Shown one piece after another: positions 18,272 through 26,900 of a stretch of 64,000 bases of DNA (positions are counted from its first letter, which is position 1; each line of letters starts with the position of its first letter). Position numbers and translations under genes: made by a program. The notes beneath the pieces were generated by a model. That model had not been told where the DNA came from. It saw only the letters and a list, made by a program, of their open reading frames with translations, and made no database searches. Origin of the DNA: Flavobacterium sp. (GTDB taxonomy: Bacteria; Bacteroidota; Bacteroidia; Flavobacteriales; Flavobacteriaceae); contig JAYOAM010000003.1 in the NCBI GenBank assembly GCA_038104255.1, positions 36,024-100,023 of the forward strand. The letters are read 5' to 3'.

Positions 18272-19234
18272 TTATGAGTTTTGTGCTTTAAAATCTTTGA
18301 GTTTAGAAATTAATTGCGGAACCACATCAAAAGCATCTCCTACTATTCCATAATCAGCAGCTTTAAAGAAAGGTGCTTCAGGGTCTGTATTGATAACAAC
18401 TTTAACTTTTGAGGCATTAATTCCAGCTAAATGCTGAATGGCTCCAGAAATACCAATGGCAATATATAAATTTGTAGCAACTGGTTTCCCAGTTTGCCCT
18501 ACATGTTCTCCATGAGGTCTCCATCCAAGATCAGAAACAGGTTTAGAGCAAGCCGTTGCAGCTCCTAAAACATCCGCTAATTCTTCAACCATTCCCCAAT
18601 TTTCTGGACCTTTTAAACCTCGACCAGCTGAAACTACTACATCTGCATCTGCAATGGTTACTTTACCAATTGCTTTATCTACACTTGTAGATTTTACTCC
18701 CAATTCGGAAACCGAAACATCGAAGTTTTCTATAGTTGCAGTTACTGGATTTTCATGAATTCCAAAAGAATTCTTTGCTAAACCGATTACTTTATTTTCT
18801 GTTGAGATTTCTGTATTATTAAAACCTTTATTTGAGAAAGCTTTTCTTTTAACTACAAAAGGGTTAGTTGAACTTGGAGTATCAACAACATTAGAGGCAT
18901 AACCTGCATTTAATGCTACTGAAACTAATGGCCCAACATATAATCCATCAATACTTGAATCTATGACTATAACTTTTGATCCTTTTGAATCTGCAACTTG
19001 TTGAATGGCAGAGGCATATTCTTTTGCATTAAATTCTTTTAATGATTCATTGTTAACAGATACGATTGTATCTGCTCCATAATTTTGTAATTCTGAAACA
19101 TCATCAACATTAATTGTTAATGCTATGATATTTGTCCCTAATTCTTCGGCAACTTTTTTTCCATAAGAAACAACCTCAAATGCTGATTTCTTGAATTTTC
19201 CGTCTGAGGAACTTGCGTATACTAAAACTGACAT
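18272..19234 (-). CDS. etfA: Electron transfer flavoprotein subunit alpha
   Basis: VVVSAGRG, VGQTGK and LYIAIGISGAIQHLAG motifs. Confidence 0.97.
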   Translation of the reverse strand: MSVLVYASSSDGKFKKSAFEVVSYGKKVAEELGTNIIALTINVDDVSELQNYGADTIVSVNNESLKEFNAKEYASAIQQVADSKGSKVIVIDSSIDGLYVGPLVSVALNAGYASNVVDTPSSTNPFVVKRKAFSNKGFNNTEISTENKVIGLAKNSFGIHENPVTATIENFDVSVSELGVKSTSVDKAIGKVTIADADVVVSAGRGLKGPENWGMVEELADVLGAATACSKPVSDLGWRPHGEHVGQTGKPVATNLYIAIGISGAIQHLAGINASKVKVVINTDPEAPFFKAADYGIVGDAFDVVPQLISKLKDFKAQNS

Positions 19235-19255
19235 ATTTCTTTTTTTTTCTTAGGA

Positions 19256-20002
19256 TTAAATTACTTTTGCTTCGTTGTGCAATAAATTGATTAATTCATC
19301 AATATTTTCGGCATCAACAAGCTTGACAGCTCCTTTAGGTGCTGGTTTTTCAAAAGACACTGAATTTGTAGCATGGTCAGAATTTGAAGACTCTAAAACT
19401 TGTAATGGTTTTTTTCTAGCCATCATAATTCCTCTCATGTTTGGAATGCGTAGGTCGGACTCTTCAACAATCCCTTTTTGACCACCAACAACCAAAGGTA
19501 AATTTGTTTTTAATGATTCACTTCCTCCATCAATTTCTCTAGTTGCAGAAACATTAGTTCCATCCACATCAATTTGAACACAACCATTAATGAAGTTATA
19601 ATCTAAAAGCGCAGCTAACATACCGGGAACCATTTGTCCATTATAGTCACTAGATTCTTTACCCGCTAAAATTAAATCATAACCTTCTTCTTTGGCGACT
19701 ACAGCAATTTCTTTAGCTACAGACATTCCATCTTGAGGATCAGCATTAATTCTAATGGCATTATCTGCTCCAATGGCTAATGCTTTTCTTAATGTAGACT
19801 CTGTTGAAGAAGCACCAACATTAACAACAGTTACAGCAGCTCCTTGTTTTTCTTTAAACCACATGGCCCTAGTCAGAACAAATTCATCATACGGATTGAT
19901 TACAAATTGAACACCATTGGTGTCAAAATTAGTATCATTATCAGTAAAATTAATTTTTGAAGTGGTATCAGGGACATGGCTAATACATACTAATATTTTC
20001 AT
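19256..20002 (-). CDS. etfB: Electron transfer flavoprotein subunit beta
   Basis: MKILVCISHVPD, INPYDE, LRKALAIGAD and LILAGKESSD motifs. Confidence 0.97.
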   Translation of the reverse strand: MKILVCISHVPDTTSKINFTDNDTNFDTNGVQFVINPYDEFVLTRAMWFKEKQGAAVTVVNVGASSTESTLRKALAIGADNAIRINADPQDGMSVAKEIAVVAKEEGYDLILAGKESSDYNGQMVPGMLAALLDYNFINGCVQIDVDGTNVSATREIDGGSESLKTNLPLVVGGQKGIVEESDLRIPNMRGIMMARKKPLQVLESSNSDHATNSVSFEKPAPKGAVKLVDAENIDELINLLHNEAKVI

Positions 20003-20054
20003 TTAAATTTTATTTTGATTTTGATGATACGAAGATACTACAAAAAATTAAAAT

Positions 20055-20070
20055 ACTATGCATGCATAGT
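20055..20070. promoter_or_regulatory. Perfect 16-bp palindrome ACTATGCATGCATAGT, candidate transcription-factor operator in the etfB promoter
   Basis: Exact palindrome with AT-rich symmetric flanks, located at the expected -33 position of a minus-strand -7 element (TATCTTCG, 20030-20037). Confidence 0.6.
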
Positions 20071-20165
20071 AAATTTTAATTTATTTAACAAAACACTAAA
20101 TAGATTGTAATTACATTAATTATGTTTAATATTGTTTTTTCCAATTGTTTCACAAAAATTAAAAC

Positions 20166-21176
20166 TTGCCTTTAGCACAAAAAAATACGAATATTAGAAT
20201 TGCTTGGTTAGATCAGTTAAAAGGTTTTGGAATTATTTTAATGGTTTATGGGCATAATTTCCCAGTCTTAGAAGAGTATATCTACAGCTTTCATATGCCT
20301 TTATTTTTCATTATTGCTGGAATATTTCATCCAAAAAATATAAACCTTCAATCTATAAAAAAAAGAGTTCAGCAAATTTTACTTCCTTATTTTTTGTGGA
20401 GCTTTATTTTATTTGGTTTTTGGTTATTTATTGGAAGAAAATTTGGAGAATCTGCACATTTAGATTTATCGGTTACAAAAAACTTTATCGGGATTTTCTT
20501 TGCACAAGGGGATATTGACTATATGAATTGGGGTATACCAATGTGGTTTTTACCAACGATATTTTTAACTTTTATTTTCTTTGGTCTTATTTTAAAAATT
20601 AAAAATAAGTTATTACAATATTTCGTATTAATTGTAAGTATTATTTTGGGGTTTTTAATAGCTAAATTTTACAAAGTGAATTTATTTTGGAGTTTAGATG
20701 TTGCGCTAGTTTCTCTTTTCTTTTATGGCTTCGGTTTTTATGCAAAAGATTTTATTAAATCCAATTCAAAAAAAGGTGTGCCTTTTTTATTAATTTTAGG
20801 AGTTATACATTTAGTGGCATCTTTATTTCTGTTGCAAAAAATAGACATGTATCGGTCTATTTATGGTAACGAAGTTTTATTTCTGACAAATAGTCTTGTT
20901 GGATTTCTTTTCTGGGGATTTTTATTTAAAAACTTTTTATCTCTAAAATTTTTAGTTTTTTTGGGCAAAAACACCATCCCTATTTTGGCTTTGCAAGCCA
21001 GAGCTTTAAGTTTTATTAAACTTTTTCTATTTCTTATTTTGGGATTATCTATTTTTAATTTCACAGAATTTGAAAAAGTAATTTTAACTCTTGGACAACT
21101 CATTATTTTATTTCCAATACTTATTTTTATCAATAAATATATTCCCATTTTAAATGGAAAAAATAAAAAAATATAA
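20166..21176 (+). CDS. Acyltransferase-3 family (OafA/OpgC-like) membrane protein
   Basis: RIAWLDQLKGFGIILMVYGH, IYSFHMPLFFIIAG and WFLPTIF motifs; about 10 TM segments; TTG start. Confidence 0.9.
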   Translation: MPLAQKNTNIRIAWLDQLKGFGIILMVYGHNFPVLEEYIYSFHMPLFFIIAGIFHPKNINLQSIKKRVQQILLPYFLWSFILFGFWLFIGRKFGESAHLDLSVTKNFIGIFFAQGDIDYMNWGIPMWFLPTIFLTFIFFGLILKIKNKLLQYFVLIVSIILGFLIAKFYKVNLFWSLDVALVSLFFYGFGFYAKDFIKSNSKKGVPFLLILGVIHLVASLFLLQKIDMYRSIYGNEVLFLTNSLVGFLFWGFLFKNFLSLKFLVFLGKNTIPILALQARALSFIKLFLFLILGLSIFNFTEFEKVILTLGQLIILFPILIFINKYIPILNGKNKKI

Positions 21177-22668
21177 GCACGAAATAGGTTTTCATGCACT
21201 GTTAAATGTAATCGTAGCTTTATTTATAAGCCTTTCGTCTTATTTTCATATTCCTTATGGGGGATTTAAAGGAGCTTTTGTCTATGCAATTCATTTTTTA
21301 GTTTTACAATTTACCCTTTTCGGATTTTTATATGTTTATAGTCTTTTTAAAACGTTCTTTAGACTTACATTTCCTATCTTATTTACTATTTTATCTGCCT
21401 TAGCTTTTTGGGTTTATACGCAAGATATCACAGTTGAATCAAGTATTATTCAAGCAATTTTAGAAACAAAGTTTGATATTGCTGTAGATACACTAAGTGT
21501 TCCGTTTGTATTTTATTTGATTTCTGCTTTTATTGTTTCTCTTTTCTTAATGAAAAAGTTTCAAAAACTCAAACAAAACAACATAAAATCTCCTCTTTTT
21601 ATAATAGCTATTATTGCTATTTTATCTTATTTTATTGCTGAAAATCATCGTTTTGGAGTTTTAAAAAGAAGGTTGCCCTACAACAGTTTTGTTGCTGTGA
21701 AAAAATATTTAGAAAAGCCCAAAATGCAACTAGTAACTCCTAAAAATAATGTGTCTACGGATAAAGAAAACCTAGATATTATTTTTGTTTTGGGAGAATC
21801 TGTTAGAGCAGATCATATATCTATTAACGGATATCATCGAGAAACCACTCCTTTACTATCCAAACAAAAAAATATAGTTAGTTTTAAAAATATTTTTACT
21901 CCTTTGACTTACACAGCGATAAGTGTTCCTCAAATTTTAACTAACAAATCCATTACTGATAATTCAATAACATCATTTTATGGTTTATACTCCATCTTAA
22001 ATAAAGCTGATTTTTACACAGAATGGATAGGTAATCAATCGATAGAAAAAAGTTACGAAGCAATTGTAAATACAAATAAAAAAGTAACAATTATAGATCC
22101 TTTTCACTCTGTTTTAAGTTTCAAGAAAAAGAAAGATTTGGATTTATTAGATCAATTTAATCTTAATGTTGTAAACAATAAAAATAGAATATCTACTATT
22201 CACATGATTGGGAGCCATTGGTACTACAACAATAAGTACACAAAAGAATTTGAAAAATTCACACCTGTTACAAACAGTAAATATGTTGGCGCTTTATCTG
22301 AAGAGCAACTTATAAATTCCTATGACAATACAATTCTCTATTTAGATTATTTTCTAAATTCACTAATTGAAAGGTTAAAAAAATCTTCAAAAGAAACATT
22401 ATTAATATACCTTTCTGATCATGGAGAAATTTTAGGCGAAAATGGGCAATGGTTTCATGCTCAAAATAATACTGCCTCAGAAAATCCTGCAATGTTGATT
22501 TGGTATTCAGAAAGTTTTAAAATCAATAATCCTGAAATCGTTAAAAATCTTTTTAATAATCAACATCAAAAATTTAGTACAGATTTTCTTTTTCACAGTA
22601 TTTTAGATATTTCTAAAATTAAAGGATTTGAAATTAATAAAAGACAAAGTATTTTTAATGATTTTTAA
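21154..22668 (+). CDS. Phosphoethanolamine transferase (EptA/OpgE-like, sulfatase fold)
   Basis: N-terminal TM domain; LGESVRADH (Zn Glu), TYTAISVP (catalytic Thr), HMIGSH, SDHGE and WFH ligands. Confidence 0.9.
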   Translation: MEKIKKYKHEIGFHALLNVIVALFISLSSYFHIPYGGFKGAFVYAIHFLVLQFTLFGFLYVYSLFKTFFRLTFPILFTILSALAFWVYTQDITVESSIIQAILETKFDIAVDTLSVPFVFYLISAFIVSLFLMKKFQKLKQNNIKSPLFIIAIIAILSYFIAENHRFGVLKRRLPYNSFVAVKKYLEKPKMQLVTPKNNVSTDKENLDIIFVLGESVRADHISINGYHRETTPLLSKQKNIVSFKNIFTPLTYTAISVPQILTNKSITDNSITSFYGLYSILNKADFYTEWIGNQSIEKSYEAIVNTNKKVTIIDPFHSVLSFKKKKDLDLLDQFNLNVVNNKNRISTIHMIGSHWYYNNKYTKEFEKFTPVTNSKYVGALSEEQLINSYDNTILYLDYFLNSLIERLKKSSKETLLIYLSDHGEILGENGQWFHAQNNTASENPAMLIWYSESFKINNPEIVKNLFNNQHQKFSTDFLFHSILDISKIKGFEINKRQSIFNDF

Positions 22669-22764
22669 GAATTCAATAAGTTTTACTTATGTGGCATTTA
22701 AGCATAAATTTTATGTAAAAATGCTTAATTTTGTGCATCAAAATAAACAACAACTAAATATTAC

Positions 22765-23742
22765 ATGAAAACAGTTCAATTTAGAGAAGCTATTTGCGAA
22801 GCCATGAGTGAAGAAATGCGCTCAGATGAAAGCGTATATTTAATAGGAGAAGAAGTAGCAGAATATAATGGTGCTTACAAAGCTAGTAAAGGAATGCTAG
22901 ATGAGTTTGGTGAAAAAAGAGTCATAGATGCTCCTATCGCTGAACTTGGTTTTGGAGGAATTGCTGTTGGTTCTGCAATGAATGGAAATAGACCTATAGT
23001 AGAATATATGACCTTCAATTTCTCATTAGTGGGTATCGATCAAATCATAAATAATGCGGCAAAAATTAGACAAATGTCAGCTGGTCAATTTAACTGTCCA
23101 ATTGTATTTAGGGGGCCTACAGGTTCTGCTGGTCAACTTGGTGCAACTCACTCTCAAGCATTTGAAAATTGGTTTGCCAATACACCAGGATTAAAAGTAA
23201 TTGTTCCATCAAACCCATATGATGCCAAAGGATTATTGAAGGCTGCTATACGTGATGATGACCCCGTTATTTTTATGGAATCTGAACAAATGTATGGTGA
23301 CAAAATGGATATTCCTGAAGGAGAATATATTATACCTATTGGAGTAGCAGACGTTAAAAGAAGTGGGTCTGACATAACAATCGTATCATTTGGAAAAATA
23401 ATTAAAGAAGCATACAAAGCAGCGGACGAATTAATCAAGGAAGGAATTTCTGTTGAAATTATTGATTTAAGAACGGTACGTCCACTAGATCACAACACAA
23501 TTATAGAATCTGTTAAGAAAACAAATCGTTTACTAATTTTAGAAGAGGCATGGCCTTTTGGTAGTGTATCAACTGAGATAACGTACAGAATTCAAGATGA
23601 GGCATTCGATTACCTAGATGCTCCTATTAAAAGAATTACTACAGCTGATACCCCAGCACCGTATTCTCCAGTGCTTCTTGAAGCTTGGATTCCAAACAGT
23701 AATGATGTAATTAAAGCTGTCAAAGAAGTTTTAAAAAAATAA
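22765..23742 (+). CDS. pdhB: Pyruvate dehydrogenase E1 component beta subunit
   Basis: GEEVAEYNGAYK, DAPIAELGF, GATHSQ and EEAWP motifs; -7 element TAATTTTG at 22726-22733. Confidence 0.96.
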   Translation: MKTVQFREAICEAMSEEMRSDESVYLIGEEVAEYNGAYKASKGMLDEFGEKRVIDAPIAELGFGGIAVGSAMNGNRPIVEYMTFNFSLVGIDQIINNAAKIRQMSAGQFNCPIVFRGPTGSAGQLGATHSQAFENWFANTPGLKVIVPSNPYDAKGLLKAAIRDDDPVIFMESEQMYGDKMDIPEGEYIIPIGVADVKRSGSDITIVSFGKIIKEAYKAADELIKEGISVEIIDLRTVRPLDHNTIIESVKKTNRLLILEEAWPFGSVSTEITYRIQDEAFDYLDAPIKRITTADTPAPYSPVLLEAWIPNSNDVIKAVKEVLKK

Positions 23743-23770
23743 CCACTTTAACAACTCATCAATTAAAATT

Positions 23771-23803
23771 TCATCAACCCAAGTGTTGATGATTTTTTTT
23801 TTT
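23771..23803 (+). terminator. Intrinsic terminator after pdhB
   Basis: TCATCAAC-ccaagt-GTTGATGA followed by T11. Confidence 0.8.
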
Positions 23804-23930
23804 AAAATCGTTGAGGTTTGATTTAATTTATAACTATTCTCAAGTAATTTGTTTGTGTATGGTTTTTGTATTGGTTAAAAAAAAAAATCTTGAATCAAAA
23901 TCTCATAAGTTTGTTGCATAAAGTACTTTC

Positions 23931-26900
23931 ATGAAAAAACATATTAAGACCTATCAAAAATCCATTTTTTTACTATTTTGTTTGTTCTCATTGCAAATTA
24001 ACGCTCAGATAACTGCTGTAGGAAGTGGGAGTTATACAAATTCTTTTCCAGGCACAGACAGTGCGGGGCGAAATGGATATCCATCAGGGACTCCTCAATT
24101 AAGTGGAAATGCACTTAACAAACCCGTTCCTACAAATGATTGGTGGTCAAAATTAATTAAAGAAAATCATGCCGATAATTTATTTAATTATCCAATGACA
24201 TTGAGAACCATAAATGAGGGTCTTATAGTTACTCACATTCCTTGGGGCGTAATTGGTGATTCTTCACCTATTCAGGTTGGTCTTTCAGGATTAAACTCAA
24301 ATAAAGCTACTGTATCAGACCATTCAGATTGGACCGTAACGATGAACTGGAACGATGGAACTCATAATCTAAACTCAACCTCTGGTATTGGGATGCCTTT
24401 TTTATACTTTACAAAAGGTTCAACAGATGTTATAGAAATAAAAGTCAATTCTGGAACTACATCAATATCCAATGAGGTACTTATTATTGAAAACGCATCT
24501 AATACAAAAGATTTTGTCTTTTATGCTCCCTCTGGAAGTACTTGGACTCAAAACGGAAATGTTTTTAGCTCGTCATTAAATGGAAAGAACTACTGGTCTA
24601 TGGCAATGTTACCAGAATCAACCTCAAGTATAAATTCTTTGGTTGATCAATATAAACAATTCGCCTATGTTTTCCCGACCAACACAACAACCTCATGGAA
24701 TTACGATGAAAGCAATGCTAAAGTTACTACAACTTTTTCTGTAACTACTGAAGTGAAAGAAGGCTCAAATACTAATATGCTTTTGGGCTTACTACCTCAT
24801 CAATGGAATAATTTAGCAGCTAACTCTGTATCACCAGATGAATATATTTACACTACTGTTAGAGGAGATTTAAAAACACTAAACGGCAATAGCTTTACAG
24901 TTGAAAATACATTTAAAGGAATTCTACCAACCTTACCCTATTTGGCAAATTATAGTGAGGGGTTTAGCCCATCTGATATGGATGAAAAAATTTCTCAAAT
25001 TGAAAATGATGCTCTAGCATCATGGACAGACTCATACAATGAGGGTCAGATGATGAATAGAATGATTCAAACTGCTAGAATTGCTGACCAAACCGGAGAT
25101 ATTGAAGCTAGAGATAAAATGGTTTCAACCATTAAGGAACGTTTAGAAGATTGGCTTAAAGCAGAATCTGGAGAAGTTGCATTTATATTTTATTACAATG
25201 ATGATTGGTCTACAATGATAGGTTATCCTGCTGGACATGGCCAGGATAATAATATTAATGATCATCATTTCCATTGGGGATATTTTATACATGCAGCAGC
25301 ATTTATGGAACAATTTGAACCCGGATGGTCCAACAATTGGGGAGAAATGATTAATTTGTTAATCAGAGACGCAGCCTCCTATGACAGAAATGACCAAGAT
25401 TTTCCTTTTCTAAGAAACTTTAGTCCTTATGCTGGTCATAGTTGGGCTAATGGTTTTGCAACATTTCCAGGTGGAAATGATCAAGAATCAACATCTGAAA
25501 GTATGCAATTTGCGTCATCATTAATCCATTGGGGTAGTATTACTGAAAATGAAGAAATTAGAGACTTAGGAATTTATATTTATACAACAGAACAAACTGC
25601 TGTAGAAGAATATTGGTTTGATATATTTGAGCAAAATTTTGCGGCCTCATCAGCACCTTTTACTCAGCAATATAGTCTAGTTTCTCGAGTTTGGGGAAAT
25701 TCTTTTGACAATGGAACTTTTTGGACTTCAGACCTAGCAGCCTCGTACGGAATTGAGTTATACCCCATACATGGTGGTTCTCTTTACCTTGGTCATCATC
25801 AAGACTACGCTGCTTCATTATGGAATGAAATGACTAGTAATACAGGTATACTTAACAATGAAGAAAATCCTAATTTATGGCATGACACTTATTGGAAATA
25901 CCTTTCATTAACTGATGCCGAGGCTGCCATAGAATTATATGACTCATATCCGAATCGAGCATTAAAATTTGGTATATCAGATGCTCAAACCTATCATTGG
26001 TTACATAGTATGAATGCTCTAGGAACGATAGATACCTCAATCACAGCAAATCACCCGATATCTGCGGCTTTTTCAAATAATGGTGAATTGACATATGTTG
26101 CACACAATTACTCAGACAACCCAATTACGGTAACTTTTTCAGATAATTTTATGCTCGATGTTCCAGCCAATCAGATGGCAACCAGTAGAGATATTGACGC
26201 TAATGGAGTTTTATCTTCTAATTTTTACCAAGCCTATCCTGGTGGTAGCGTGACCCTATCCCTTGATGTTACAGGAAGTGGAGTAACCAATGTTGAATTT
26301 TTTGATGGTACAACGCTAATTGGACAAGATGCGACTGCACCTTATGAAATAGAGGCACCAAATTTAGCCTTAGGCATCCATGGAATGTATGCAAAAATAT
26401 ACATTAATAATAATTTCAATGTATCCAACATTGTAACTATTCAAGTAGGCGATCAAGTTCCTTACCAAGGAACATCTTTTGAAATACCTGGTACAATTGA
26501 AGCTGGATTATATGATAAATTTGAAGGTGGAGTTGGCCAAAATATTTCTTACTTAGACATGTCTCAAATTAATGAAGGAGGTTTTAGACCAAATGAATAT
26601 GTAGATGCCGTTTCAGATACAAATGAGGGAGCTACTGTAGGATGGATTAGTTCAGGAGAATGGCTGGAATATTCAATCGATGTTGAAACAGCCGGTGTGT
26701 ATGATTTGAGTTTTAGATATGCCTCCGGAAATTCAAATGGAGGTGGTCCCTTTCATTTTGAAGTAGATGGAACTAGTGTAAGTCCATCAATTGAGATGCA
26801 AACTACAGGTGATTGGGATGCATGGTCTACAAAAAATATAACTAATATAGAATTAAGACAAGGAGAACAAGTTTTAAGATTATTTATAGATGAAGGAGAG

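Noticed and set aside
20861-21199. 112-aa antisense ORF over the acyltransferase gene
   Set aside because: Lys-rich mirror of a Phe/Leu-rich membrane gene, expected in AT-rich DNA.
23877-23887. A11 homopolymer upstream of the GH81 gene as a phase-variation switch
   Set aside because: It does not clearly lie between a -33 and the -7 box (23906-13), and long A/T runs are common in this window's intergenic DNA.
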